Assembly (NCBI GenBank): GCA_963821525.1
Contig: CAWGED010000005.1
Span: 896,001-960,000, forward strand
Reading direction: 5' to 3'
Source: an uncultured Gemmatimonadales bacterium
GTDB taxonomy: Bacteria; Gemmatimonadota; Gemmatimonadetes; Gemmatimonadales; GWC2-71-9
Length of the DNA: 64,000 nt
Position numbers and translations under genes: made by a program. How positions within the stretch are numbered: the stretch's first letter is position 1; the number at the start of each line of letters is the position of its first letter. Under the pieces are notes generated by a model. That model was not told where the DNA came from. It ran no database searches and saw only the letters and a program-made list of their open reading frames with translations. Positions 10,644 through 22,388 of this stretch are shown here, in pieces.

Positions 10644-11490
10644 GTGCAGGCCGCAGACTCGCTGACTCACGCCATGGTCGGTCGGGTCAGAGTCGTGGCT
10701 CGGGAGAAAGATCTCGCTCTCGGCATTCGCCTCGCCGAATCGGTGGACCGCCCGTTCGCCTGGCCGGGCCTCGGCCGCCGCGCACCGCCTCCCTTTACTC
10801 TGATTCTGGCTGCCGACTCGGCGACCATGTCCCGCATCGCCAGCGGTCGTGCGCCGGGCTGGGGAGCCGGGATCACTCTGCCTTCGGCTCGCACCATCGT
10901 TCTGCGCAGCGACCTCGGCGGTCTCGACCAGACGCTGCGCCATGAAGTGGCCCATCTGGCCCTGCACGATGCAGTCCCGGGGAGAGTCCCACTCTGGTTC
11001 GATGAGGGATATGCCTCGCTGGCTTCGGGAGAGTTCGAGCGGCTGATCACGCTCCAGCTCAACCTTTCGGTGGTTGCGAGGGCGGCTGCCGTCGCTTCGG
11101 GAGCTCGATAGTGACCTGAGGGGTTCGGCCCGCACCGCCGATGCCGCCTATGGTCTCGCCGCTTCAGCGGTGGCCGAGATCGCGCGGCATCCCGCGCCGG
11201 GTGGGCTGGAGCGATTGTTCAGCCGTATGGCCGCAGGCGATGATTTCGAGCAGAGTCTCATCGCGGCAACCGGGCTGACCCTCCGACAGATTCGAGAAGT
11301 CGTGGCAGGCAGGCGTTCGCCGGCGTTACGGTTTCATCGCCTGGTTGCTCGCGGGCGGCATTTGGGCTGTGGTGGCGGCTGTCCTTGGTGTCCTCGTATG
11401 GCTGCGCCGCCGCAGCGACCGACCCCGAAGGCTGGCCCTGGACCAGGGCTGGGAGATCGCTCCCCCCGATCCGCCGCCTCCGCCCGTTGA
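10644..11490 (+). CDS. Hypothetical zincin/peptidase MA-like protein (frameshifted)
   Basis: LRHEVAHLALH (HExxH) followed by VPLWFDEGYA. Probable C-terminal TM helix in another frame. Both ends uncertain. Confidence 0.6.
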
Positions 11491-11517
11491 CCCGGTCGAT
11501 CCGAAGCAGTAAGCTCA

Positions 11518-11715
11518 ATGCTTATGCCAAGTTCCGCCACTCCAACGGGTGAACGACACCTCCGGTTCGGCCCCCGAAATGTCATCCTGCTGGGGGCTGC
11601 CGTCGTCTCTCTGGTTGTGGGGTATCTTTGGTTGCATGCCGGTGGCACGACGGGTGCGGCCGCACTCCTCGTGCTCGGGTACTGCGTCCTTTTCCCTCTG
11701 GGCATTGCGCTCTGA
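11518..11715 (+). CDS. Small two-TM membrane protein
   Basis: FGPRNVILLGAAVVSLVVGY...LLVLGYCVLFPLGI, two hydrophobic helices. Confidence 0.6.
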   Translation: MLMPSSATPTGERHLRFGPRNVILLGAAVVSLVVGYLWLHAGGTTGAAALLVLGYCVLFPLGIAL

Positions 11716-11763
11716 TGCTCGTTGGGTAGTGGAAGGACGCGGTTCCCGTCGGCCTGACTATTC

Positions 11764-11838
11764 GGGCGAATAGCTCAGCTGGTCCAGAGCGCCTGCCTTA
11801 CACGCAGGATGTCGGGGGTTCGAATCCCTCTTCGCCCA
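11764..11838 (+). tRNA. tRNA-Val (anticodon TAC)
   Basis: GGGCGAA/TTCGCCC acceptor stem, TAGCTCAG D arm, anticodon arm CCTGC-CTTACAC-GCAGG, GTTCGAATC T loop. CCA not encoded. Confidence 0.95.
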
Positions 11839-11963
11839 TAGCGGGACGCCTGGTTGGCGGCCCGCGTGTTGTTCGGGCGGGCCTTGTGCCCCCCCTGGTT
11901 GGGCGTCCACGAGGGTCGCCCATGCGTATTTCGCTCTTCTGCTCCCTTTGCGGAGGCCATGTA

Positions 11964-13683
11964 ATGCGCCTGGTCCGTCTGCTGTCCCTGCCGCTGTTGG
12001 CCGCGATGCCCCTCGCGGCTCTTTCTGCCCAGATTCCCACTCGCCGTCCGGCACCGGGGGCTCCGACCGCCAACGCGCCCCGTTTGCTGGTAGCGAACCC
12101 CCATACGTTTTCGACTCAGGATTCCGCCTCCAGCGTCCTGATCGGTCAGGGAATTCGGGGCCGGATGGAGAAGGTGGTCGGCGTCCAGTTTCGCTGTTCT
12201 CGACCCGGGAACAGATGAACGACGCGCTGAAGCAGTTCGGCTATCCACCCGATGCGATCCTCGCCTCCACGGTCCAGAAGCAGTTCGGTAACGCCCTTCA
12301 GGCCCGCGCGCTGGTCTCTTCGACTCTTTCCAAAGATCAGAGTGGCCGCTTCTCGGTGACCTCGCGGCTCGCGGGCCTCAACGACGACGCGGGCAATGTG
12401 GTGGTCGTAACTCAGGCGCGCGAGCCAGAAGCTGGATGAAATGGGCGGCTCGGTCGCCGATGCGTTGCAGCCCGCGGTCAAGAGCTTCAACGATGCGCGG
12501 GCCTGCATCGATCAGAGCAAGGCGGCGCCGGACAAGGCCATCGCCTCGGCCAAGAAGGCTATCACCGCACTTCCGAAGAATGGTCTGGCCCATCTCTGCC
12601 TCGGACTGATCGCGCTGGACAAGAAGACGAACAAGGACAGCGCCGAGGCGATGGAGCATCTGCAACAGGGGGTGGAAGGAGACCCGCTGAGTCTCAAGGG
12701 CTGGACTACTCTCGCGCAGATCTACGAGGCTAAGGGCGACACGAACAAGACGGTGGACGCGCTGAAGCAGATGCTGCTGGTCGCACCCACCAACCAGACC
12801 CTGCGCGAGCAGGCCTTCAAGCTGTTCATCAAGTACGAGCGTCCCGACGCCGCCGAGCAAACCGCCTTGGACGGGCTCAAGATCGACCCGACCAACGCCG
12901 ATCTCTATGACCTGCTGAGCAACGCCCGGGTCTTCAAGGGCGATTTCGCGGGAGCGGTCGCCGCGCTGGAGCAGATGGTGGCCAATGATTCCACCAAGGC
13001 GGACAGCTCGTTTTATCTGAAGATTACCGTGATGGCGAGTCAGAAGCCTGATACTGCCAAACTTCTCAAGTGGGCTGCCGAGGGCAGCAAGAAGTATCCA
13101 GACTAACCTCGCCCTGCTGAACCAGCTGGTCGCGGCGTATCAGTTGACCGGACCGGTCGACAGCCAGGTTACCACCACCAAGCGGTTGATGGAGAAGGAC
13201 ACCACGGCCATAGGGCCCGCCCTCGCCACGGCGCAGGCGCTGGTCACCGCGAATCGCGCGAACGAGGCCCAACCATTCCTCGATTTCGTGACCAAATACG
13301 GCGACGCCCAGGCCAAGGAAGGGGTGTCGGTCATCCTGTTCAACATCGCGCGTCCCTTGCTGCAGCCGCCGCAGAACTGGCCCGAAGCCGCCACCAAGCT
13401 TCGTCAGGTCGTGGCGACCGCGAATCCCAGCGGCAAGATTTACCCGCTGGCCAACTACTACCTCGGGCTGTCGATCCTGCAGCAGATCCCGCCGCTCGAT
13501 GCGCAGGCGGAGAAGGAAAAATCCTGCGACAAGGCCAAACAGGAGGAGTCCATGGCGGCGGAGGCGGAAGCTGCCTTCAAGCTGGCACCTCCGGACCAGG
13601 CTCAGAATCTGGGGCAGTTCCAGAAGTATCTCGATGGCCTGAAACCGCGCATCGCGTCGATGCTTAAGGTCTACTGCAAGTAG
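11964..13683 (+). CDS. Secreted TPR-repeat protein (several frameshifts)
   Basis: Signal peptide MRLVRLLSLPLLAAMPLAALSAQ with a GGAGG RBS. Consecutive helical/TPR ORF pieces 12441-13106 and 13144-13683. Confidence 0.65.
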
Positions 13684-13750
13684 GGACGAGCGGGTGGTCG
13701 TCCCCTACCAATACGGGGGTCTGGTTCCTATATTCCCGCCCGCTCAATCA

Positions 13751-13825
13751 GGGGCTGTAGCTCAGCTTGGTTAGAGTGCCGCACTGTCACTGCGGAGGTC
13801 GCGGGTTCGAGCCCCGTCAGCCCCG
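13751..13825 (+). tRNA. tRNA-Asp (anticodon GTC)
   Basis: GGGGCTG/CAGCCCC acceptor stem, anticodon arm CCGCA-CTGTCAC-TGCGG, GTTCGAG T loop. CCA not encoded. Confidence 0.95.
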
Positions 13826-13843
13826 CTCCTTTGGGTTCGAGTC

Positions 13844-13883
13844 GACACCCCGTCCGCTGCTGCGGGCGGGGTGTCTCGCTTTC
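13844..13883 (+). terminator. Putative terminator hairpin after tRNA-Asp
   Basis: GACACCCCGTCCGC-tgct-GCGGGCGGGGTGTC stem followed by a weak U tract (tcgctttc). Confidence 0.5.
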
Positions 13884-13898
13884 GCGCGCTGAGTTCCG

Positions 13899-14814
13899 GT
13901 GACCCAACCTCCGTCCTACCACGAACCGGTTCTTCTCCGAGAAATACTCGAAGCCGCTCAAGGAGCGCGCCGGGTGGTGGACGCTACCCTGGGCGGGGGC
14001 GGCCACGCCGCCGCCTTCGTGGAGGCCGGAGCACAGGTGCTGGGGATCGACCGTGATCCCGAGGCGCTTGCCGCCGCCCGCGAGGTCCTCGACAGCCGGA
14101 TCGAATACCTGTTCGCCTCGTTCAGTGACCCGGCTGCTCTCCAAGCCATCACCGCGTTCCATCCCGACTTCATCCTGCTCGACCTGGGGGTGTCCTCCCA
14201 CCAGCTCGACGAAGAGGCTCGCGGGTTCAGCTTCCGGCCCGGCGCGCCGCTGGACATGCGGATGGGAGGCTCCGGAGCCACCGCCGCCGACCTGCTCAAT
14301 GAACTTGGCAGCGAGGAACTGCGCGAGGATTTTCGCCGAGTATGGGGACGAGTCCCGCGCCGGCCGGTTGGCGCAGGCCGTGGTGAGGCGCAGGTCGCGC
14401 CAGCAATTCGCAACCAGCGATGATCTGGTCAACGCGATTCGTAGCGTGCTCGGACCCCGCTCCGGGCCGGGGGACTTCGCCCGGCTCTTCCAGGCGGTCC
14501 GGATCGCGGTGAACGACGAACTCTCCGGGCTGGCGCGTGCTTTGCCTTCGATGCTGGAAGCATTGGTTCCCGATGGGGGACTAGCGGCGATCAGTTATCA
14601 TTCAGGCGAGGATCGCATCGTAAAGCACGCCTTTCAGGAATGGGCGCGGGCGTGCGTCTGTCCCCCCGGCACGCCGGTGTGTACCTGCCGTGGCCGGGCT
14701 CTGGGGAAGGTCAGGCCCCGGAAGCCGGTGAGACCATCACTCGAGGAAGCCGCCCGAAATCCCCGCGCCCGCAGCGCCAAACTGCGGGTCTTCCAGAAAG
14801 CCGATGACGTTTAG
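13899..14814 (+). CDS. rsmH: 16S rRNA m4C1402 methyltransferase (frameshift ~14330)
   Basis: HEPVLL, DATLGGGGHA, DLGVSSHQLD, PLDMRM, FQAVRIAVNDEL, ISYHSGEDR, NPRARSAKLR. Confidence 0.95.
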
Positions 14815-15094
14815 AGGTCGCCACTGGATCATGCTCTGGCTGCTGCTCTTCCTGGGCGTGGCCGCGATCGTGCTCGCGCGCCGGACCGCGGCGTTGGAGA
14901 CCGCGCGGCGACTCAACGTCCTTCGAGAAGAGCGTACCGGGCTGGAGGCAGAGCGTGCCGCGCTTCAGCGCGACCTTCGCCTCACCCTCGGACGCCAGGA
15001 ACTCGGCCGCAGGGCGGAGAATCGCCTCGGTCTGCACCAGCCGGCCGACTCCGAGTTCACCGTCTTCCGCCTTCCCGCGCCTGACCACCGGTAA
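14804..15094 (+). CDS. ftsL: Cell division protein FtsL-like
   Basis: Small bitopic protein (TM helix + coiled coil) in the position between rsmH and ftsI. Confidence 0.7.
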   Translation: MTFRGRHWIMLWLLLFLGVAAIVLARRTAALETARRLNVLREERTGLEAERAALQRDLRLTLGRQELGRRAENRLGLHQPADSEFTVFRLPAPDHR

Positions 15095-17062
15095 TGGCCA
15101 AGGTCACCACCCGCATCGCGTCGCTCGAAGTCGTCTTCGTCCTGGCCGTGGTGGCCGTGCTGGGGCGGGCAGCGCAACTGCAGATTGTCCAGCGCTCCCA
15201 GTGGGAATCCGAGGCCGAAGAGCAACGCAAGCTTCGGGTGGTGCTGCCGGCCCGCCGGGGCGGGATCTATGACAGGGGCGGCGTTGCCCTGGCGATTACC
15301 CAGGAATACTTCCACGTCGGCATCGCCCCCAATGAGGTCGAGGGCCGTTCGGCGACCATCACTGCCGTAGCCCGCAGCCTCGAACTGCCTGCCTCGCGGT
15401 TGCGGCGTGATTTCGCCAAGAACCCGAAGTGGATCTACTACCACGGCCCCTTCACCGGTATGCAGGTCCAGGCTCTGCGCAAGATGCCCGGCATTCACCT
15501 CACTCCGGAATTCGCCCGGCACTACCCGGCCGGATCCCTGGCGCGTTCGGTGATCGGCGGTCTGAACGCCGACAGCGGAAACGGAGCGTCGGGCATCGAG
15601 CTCGTCACTGGATTCGATCCTGACGGGCGTCCCCGGAGAAGAGGTGGTACTGCGGGACCGGGCCGGCCGGCGCTACGAGTCGCCCTCACGGCTGGTGAGC
15701 GACCCGGTTCCCGGCGAGGACGTGTATCTCACGCTGGATGCGGAGCTGCAGGAGATCGCGGAACACGGCCTGGACGAGGCGATCGAAAGGCTCCAGGCGG
15801 CCGGGGGCGACGTGGTCTTCATGGACCCTTCGACCGGCGAACTCCTGGCCCTCGCCTCAAGCCGCAGGGTCGATCACGATCTGATCGGCAATCGGCCCTC
15901 GTTCTTCACGGACCCCTTCGAGCCGGGCTCGACTGCCAAGCTCTTCACCGCGGCGGCGCTGTTGTCGCTCCACCGGGTTGATAGCACCGACGAGGTGTAC
16001 GGCGAGGAGGGGAAGTGGGTGATGCCGGTGACCAGCCGGCAAACCCGGACCATTAACGACACGCACGTGTCGCACGGCAATCTGACCCTGGCCAAGGCGA
16101 TCGAGGTATCGAGCAACATCGCCATGGCAAAGTTCTCCCAGCGGCTTTCGGCGACGGAACAGTACGACGCCCTGCGAGACTTCGGCTTCGGCAGTCCCAC
16201 CGGTGTCGAGTTCCCCTCCGAGGCACGCGGCCGTCTCCCGACGCCGGACCAGTGGAAGCCGGGATACAACGGCCCCAGCGTCGCCATGGGTTATTCGTTT
16301 GGCGTGACACCGGTTCAGCTGGCGGCGGCCTACGCCGCGCTCGCCAACGATGGCGTGCTGTTGACGCCGACGCTCATCCGCGAAGTCCGGAGCCCGGAGG
16401 GCGAGGTGCGCTATCGCCACAAGCCTGAGCCGGTCCGTCGGGCAGCGCGGCGCGAGGTGGTGCGTACCCTCCGGGAGTACCTGGCGGGCGCGGTCGGTGA
16501 GGGAGGTACCGGAGAGAGGGCGCAGATGGTGAATTACACGCTGATGGGGAAGACTGGCACGTCTAAGCGGTTCGAGGGGGGCCACTACGTCACCGGAAGC
16601 TTCACGGCGTCCTTCGCTGCGCTCTTCCCGGCGGACGATCCCCAGCTCGTCGTGATCGTGAAGATCGACGATCCCAAGGGTGACTATTACGGCGGCCAGA
16701 CGGCGGCTCCCGTCACCCGCAGCATGCTGCAGGAAGCCCTCGCGGCCCGGCGCAGCGCCATCGACCGCAAGCGGCTGGCGACCAGCGAGGCTCCCGCGTC
16801 CAGCGACACAGCCTCCCGGGCGGAGCCCGAGGCCGAGACCAGCGTGGTCGTGCCGTGGCCGCTGCGTGGCGACAGCACCAAGCCCCGCGACCTTCGCCCG
16901 GTGCCGAATGTGATCGGCGCCAACCTGCGCAAGGCGGCTGTCGCGATTCACAGGCGTGGCTTCCAGGTGGCGTTGCGGGGCAGTGGCCAGGTCGTACGCA
17001 CCGCTCCCGCTGCTGGTGATTCGCTCACCGCAGGGGGTACCGTGACGGTATGGGCCCAGTGA
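15094..17062 (+). CDS. ftsI: Class B penicillin-binding protein with C-terminal PASTA domain (frameshift ~15610)
   Basis: RRGGIYDRGG, FEPGSTAK (SxxK), SSN, GKTGT, PASTA-like VPNVIGANLRKA. Confidence 0.92.
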
Positions 17063-18522
17063 ACGGCCGCCCGCTGAGCGAACTGGTGCTGGCCCTGCGA
17101 CGCGAGGGCCTCGTGGCCCAGGGGCCGACGTCCTCGGTCAGCCTGAGCGGGCTCACTGCGGACAGTCGCAGCGTCGCCTCCGGCAACGCCTTCATCGCGG
17201 TGCGCGGCTCCCAGTCCGATGGACACCAGTTCGTGGCCGACGCCGTGAAACGTGGCGCCGCGGCTCTGGTCGTGGAGCAGCCGATGGGCAGTGGGGTCCC
17301 CGAGATCGTGGTGGTCGATGCCCGGCGCGCGGCGATCGCCGCCGGCAGGTTCTGGTACGGCGATCCCGCCCGGAAGCTCTGCCTCATCGGCATCACCGGT
17401 ACCAACGGGAAAACCACGACGACGGCCCTGGTTCGCCACCTCTTCAATGGCGAGGGCAAGGCGGGGAGCATCGGGACCCTGGGCGCTTTCGATGGCCTGG
17501 GCAAGCCGGTCGACTCCACCGCTGGCTCACTCACTACACCGGGGCCGATCGATCTGCAGGCGACGCTGGCCGCCATGGTCGCACGCGGGGTGACTCATGT
17601 CGCCATGGAGACTTCATCCCATAGCCTGGATCAGGGCCGGCTCGACGGCCTGTGCTTCGACGCGGGAATTTTTACCAACCTGACCCGCGATCACCTCGAT
17701 TATCACCGTACGATGGAGTCGTACCTCGCGGCCAAGCTCCGGCTGAGTGGATACCTTGGGCTCGAAGGCTGGGAGATCGTCAATCAGGATGATCCTGCCT
17801 GGGCCGCGCTGCCCTTGCGCAGCCGCCGGCTCAGCTATGGCTTCACTACCGGCTCGCAGGTCTCGGCCACCGACATTCAGCAGGATCATTCGGGGAGCCG
17901 GTTCAAGCTCTCCGCTCCGCAAGGCGAGGAGCACGTCACCCTGCCGCTCCTCGGCGAATTCAACATTCACAACGCCCTCGCCGCGGCGGCGACGGCTCTT
18001 GCGCTGGGACAATCGGTGGCCCGCGTTGCGGCTGGATTGACCGCCGCTCCTCAGGTGCCGGGGCGCATGGAGCGCATCGTCGAGCGTCCCTGTGTCGTGC
18101 TGCGCGACTACGCCCATACTCCCGACGCCCTGGAGCGCGCGCTGCAGAGTCTACGCCCACTGACCCCCGGCCGTCTCATTGTCGTCTTCGGGTGCGGCGG
18201 CGATCGCGACCGCGGCAAGCGGCCGGTGATGGGTCGCATCGCGGCGACGCTCTCCGATCTCGCGATCGTCACCTCGGACAATCCGCGCACCGAAGATCCC
18301 GACGGGATCATCGCCGATGTGGAGCAGGGAATGGGCAGCGCCTCTCATCTCCGGATGGTGGATCGCCGCGACGCGATTCGTGCGGCGCTCGATGCCGGCC
18401 GCTCTGGAGATACCATTCTGCTCGCCGGGAAGGGGCACGAGACCTACCAGGTGGTGGGCACGACGAAGCTGCCGTTCGACGAACGGGAAATCGTGAGCGA
18501 GATCGTGAGCGGCGAGCGGTGA
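17050..18522 (+). CDS. murE: UDP-MurNAc-tripeptide synthetase
   Basis: GITGTNGKTT, LTTP, FTNLTRDHLDYH, DYAHTPD, SDNPR (meso-DAP type), AGKGHE. Confidence 0.96.
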   Translation: MGPVNGRPLSELVLALRREGLVAQGPTSSVSLSGLTADSRSVASGNAFIAVRGSQSDGHQFVADAVKRGAAALVVEQPMGSGVPEIVVVDARRAAIAAGRFWYGDPARKLCLIGITGTNGKTTTTALVRHLFNGEGKAGSIGTLGAFDGLGKPVDSTAGSLTTPGPIDLQATLAAMVARGVTHVAMETSSHSLDQGRLDGLCFDAGIFTNLTRDHLDYHRTMESYLAAKLRLSGYLGLEGWEIVNQDDPAWAALPLRSRRLSYGFTTGSQVSATDIQQDHSGSRFKLSAPQGEEHVTLPLLGEFNIHNALAAAATALALGQSVARVAAGLTAAPQVPGRMERIVERPCVVLRDYAHTPDALERALQSLRPLTPGRLIVVFGCGGDRDRGKRPVMGRIAATLSDLAIVTSDNPRTEDPDGIIADVEQGMGSASHLRMVDRRDAIRAALDAGRSGDTILLAGKGHETYQVVGTTKLPFDEREIVSEIVSGER

Positions 18523-19891
18523 GCGGTGAGCGGGGGTGGCAGGGCTGGAGCGACGCCGAGGTGCGTGCCGCGCTGGATCTTCCAGCGGGCGGCGACGGCG
18601 CTGAATACAGCGAGGTGTCAACCGACACCCGGACGCTGCAACCAGGTGCTTTGTTCGTCGCGATCAAGGGGGACCGGTTCGACGGGCACGACCACCTCGA
18701 AGCCGCCCGTGCCGCGGGAGCCAGCGGCCGCGGTGGTGCGCGAGGACATCGAGCCAGTCGCCGGACTCACGTCTCTATCCGGTTGAGGACACGCTCAAGG
18801 CGTATGGCATGCTGGCGCGCCACCGGCGGCGGGCGATCGGGGGGCCGGTGGTCGCGGTCGGTGGAGCAAACGGGAAGACCAGCACCAAGGAGATGTGCGC
18901 CGCCGTACTGCGGACTCGCTACCGTCTCCAATCCACCCCGGCCAACGACAACAACCTGGTAGGGATTCCCAAAACGATTCTCGCGGCACCGGCAGACACG
19001 GAAGCCCTCGTGATCGAAGCCGGCGCCAACATGCGAGGCGAGCTGGCGCAGGCGCGGGAGATCATCGAACCGACGGTTACCGTGACCACCAACGTGGTCC
19101 TGTCACATCTCGACGGTTTCGGCAGCCTGGAGGGGATTCTGGAAGAGGAGCTCGAGCTGCTGGAGGGCGTTCCCCTCGCGCTGGTCGGCACCGAGCCCCC
19201 GAATCTCGCGGACGCCGCTCGGCGGAAGGCACAACGGGTACTGGCCGTGGGCTTGGCAAGAGCCGATCGAGTCCCCCAATCCGTCTCGATGGACTCGACC
19301 GGGCGGGCCACTCTCACGGTGGAGGGGCTTCGAATCACCCTGCCGCTTCTGGGTCAGCATCAGGCCTCGAACGCCATGCTCGCGTGGACGCTTGGCCAGG
19401 AGCTCTCGATCGATCCATCTGCCGCCGCCGAGGCCCTCCGGGGGCTGCGAATTCCCGGAGGACGCGGGGAAATCATTGAGGCTGGCGGGCTGACGATCAT
19501 CAATGACGCCTACAACGCAAACCCCTCATCGTTCATGGCGGCGATCGCCACCGCTCGCGCCATGCGGGCGGGGCGCTCCTTGGTATTCATCGCGGGGACG
19601 ATGCGCGAGCTGGGTCCCGAGTCGGCCCGGCACCACGCAGCCGTCGCCGCCGCGCTGGTGGGGTTAGAGCCCGACCTTCTGGCCGCCGTGGGGGACTTCG
19701 TACCGGTCCTCACCCCTTATTCGGGACGGCTCAAAGACCGCCTGCTGACCGCGCCAGACGCTCCGACTCTCGGGCCGCTGCTCAAGGGACGGCTTCGTGG
19801 CGATGAGCTGGTCGTGCTCAAGGCATCCCGAGGCGTCGCGCTCGAACGTATACTTCCGTTTCTCACCGGACAGGATCACCCCATCCACTGA
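18519..19891 (+). CDS. murF: UDP-MurNAc-tripeptide-D-Ala-D-Ala ligase (frameshifted)
   Basis: STDTRT, GDRFDGH, GANGKTSTKE, NDAYNANP, MRELG, KASRG. Confidence 0.93.
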
Positions 19892-19897
19892 GGCGCC

Positions 19898-21025
19898 GTG
19901 CTCTATCACTTGCTCGCGCCGCTGGGCAAGCAGTTCCTGATCTTCAATCTTCTCAATTACATCAGCTTCCGGGCTGCGGCCGCACTGGTCACCGCCATTC
20001 TGATGGCGTTCGTGGTCGGCCCGCCGATCATCGCCCGGCTTCGGGCACGCCGCATCGGACAGGTGATCCGCGCTGAGGGACCCGCGACTCACCAGGGGAA
20101 GCGGGGCACCCCGACCATGGGCGGCCTCATCATTCTGCTTGCGACGATCATCCCGACGTTGTTGTGGGCGCGGCTCAACTCCCGTTTCGTTTGGTTCGCG
20201 GTGCTGGCCACGCTGTGGATGGGCGGCATCGGTTTCATCGATGATTACCTGAAGATCGTCCAGGGGAAGTCCCGCGGACTGGTTGCCAAGTGGAAGTTGG
20301 TGGGACAGGTCTCGTTCGGTGTGGTGCTGGGAACGCTGTTGGTCTTCTTCCCCGTCATACCCACTGAAACCATGCCCGCCGCGGCGACCACGGTTCCGTT
20401 CTTCAAGTTCGTGATCGTGACCTTCGCCTGGTGGCTGTACATCGCCTTCGTCACCGTCGTGATCACCGGCAGCAGCAACGCGGTGAACCTGACCGACGGC
20501 CTCGATGGACTGGCGACCGGGCTCTCCGCCATCTCCGCCGCGGCTTTCGCGTTCTTCGCCTATGTCCTCGGCCGCACCGATACGACCACCTATCTGAACC
20601 TGTTCTACATGCCGGGTGCCGGTGAGTTGACGATCTTCTGCACCGCACTGACCGGTGCCTGTCTGGGATTCCTCTGGTTCAATTCCCACCCGGCCCAGGT
20701 TTTCATGGGAGACACGGGCAGTCTCGCGCTGGGCGGGGCCTTCGGCACGGTAGCGATTCTGCTCAAGGCGGAGTTCCTGCTGTTTCTGATCGGCGGGGTC
20801 TTCGTGGCGGAAGCGATTTCGGTGATCCTTCAGACCAGCGTCTACAAGTGGTTCAAGCGGACGAGGGGGAAGGAATACGCCGACGCACACAAGGTGTTTC
20901 GAATGGCGCCGCTCCATCATCACTTCGAAAAACTCGGCTGGCATGAGAGCACCGTGGTGACGCGGTTCTACATCCTGGGGATCTTCTGCGCCATGGTGGC
21001 TCTCGCCACCCTCAAGTTGCGGTGA
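19898..21025 (+). CDS. mraY: Phospho-MurNAc-pentapeptide transferase
   Basis: KRGTPTMGG, GFIDDYLK, NAVNLTDGLDGLA, FMGDTGS, MAPLHHHFE. Confidence 0.97.
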   Translation: MLYHLLAPLGKQFLIFNLLNYISFRAAAALVTAILMAFVVGPPIIARLRARRIGQVIRAEGPATHQGKRGTPTMGGLIILLATIIPTLLWARLNSRFVWFAVLATLWMGGIGFIDDYLKIVQGKSRGLVAKWKLVGQVSFGVVLGTLLVFFPVIPTETMPAAATTVPFFKFVIVTFAWWLYIAFVTVVITGSSNAVNLTDGLDGLATGLSAISAAAFAFFAYVLGRTDTTTYLNLFYMPGAGELTIFCTALTGACLGFLWFNSHPAQVFMGDTGSLALGGAFGTVAILLKAEFLLFLIGGVFVAEAISVILQTSVYKWFKRTRGKEYADAHKVFRMAPLHHHFEKLGWHESTVVTRFYILGIFCAMVALATLKLR

Positions 21026-22388
21026 GCTTCGATCGCTGGCGGGCGACAGGGCGGGAGGTCGCCGTCCTCGGACTGGCGCGGAGTGGGATGGCCGCGGCAT
21101 TGCTGCTTCGGCGCGAAGGCATTCCGGTCTATGCCTCTGACCGGGCGGGAGAGGCGGACAAGGCGGTCGGGGCGGACGGACTGCGTACGGTTGGAGGAAG
21201 CCGGCGTCGCGGTCCAGTTGGGCGGACACGACCTGAAGCGAATCGCTCAGGCGGGACTCGTAGTGATCTCCCCCGGCATTCCACCCGACGCTCCGCCCGT
21301 GCTTGCGGCGAGAGACGCTGGGGTGCCGATCGTCTCCGAGGTGGACGTGGGCTACCACGCAATGCCCGGCGGTCAAGTACGCGGCCATCACCGGCACCAA
21401 CGGCAAGACTACGACGACGGCGCTCACCGGCCATCTGCTCCAGAGTGCCGGGCTCAACGCTGTAGCAGCGGGGAATATTGGCCGCCCGCTTTCACAGGTT
21501 GCGCTCGACAACGACCGTCCCGAATGGATCGCGCTCGAATTGTCGTCCTTCCAGCTGCACGACACGCATGACCTGGTGCCCGCGGTCGGTGCCATGACGA
21601 ACCTCGCACCGGATCATCTCGACCGCTACGCCACGCTGGAGGAGTACTATGCGGACAAGGACCGGCTCTTCGTAAACGCGACAGCCGCATCCTGTTGGGT
21701 TACCAACGGCGATGATGCCGAGGTGGAGCGGCGTTCGGCGGCGGTTCCCGGAACGCACCTGCGATTCCGGTTGCAAGAGCGGGCCGACGCGTGGTACGAT
21801 CGCAGCAAGGGAGCGCTGATTCTGCGGGATACCACACTGCTTCCGCGCGCCGATTTCCCTCTGCTGGGTGAACACAACGTCGCCAACGCCTTGGCCGCCT
21901 CCCTCATTACTTGGCGGGCCGGCGGGAGTCCTGAACGCATCGCGGAAGGGCTGCGCACCTTCCGTGCGTTGCCTCATCGGATGGAGCCGATTCGCACGGT
22001 GGACGGTGTCTTGTGGATCAATGATTCGAAGGCGACCAACGTGGCCTCCACCACCGTCGCGGTTCAGGCGCTGGAGCAGCACTTCGTCCTGCTTCTCGGC
22101 GGAAGACACAAGGGCGAACCCTATACTATGCTGGCCAAGGCCGCGGGCGATCGCTGCCGGGCGGTCATCGCCTTCGGTGAGTCGCGTGATCTGGTGACGC
22201 AGGACCTCAAGGACCTGATGCCGGTGACTCGGGCAGGCACCGACTTCGGCGAGGTCCTGGCGCTGGCCCGGCGGCTCGCTCAACCGGGGGACGCGGTACT
22301 TCTTTCACCGGCCTGCTCCAGCTACGACATGTTCAAGAACTATGAGGATCGAGGCGCGCAGTTCCGCGCCGCCGTGGAGGCCATGTGA
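21022..22388 (+). CDS. murD: UDP-MurNAc-L-Ala-D-Glu ligase (frameshifted)
   Basis: LGLARSG, SPGIP, ITGTNGKTT, ELSSFQL, DHLDRY, NDSKATN, LLSPACSSYD. Confidence 0.95.

Noticed and set aside
11764..13825. Integrated island between the two tRNAs
   Set aside because: No integrase or duplicated tRNA 3' end is seen, and the enclosed gene has host-like composition.
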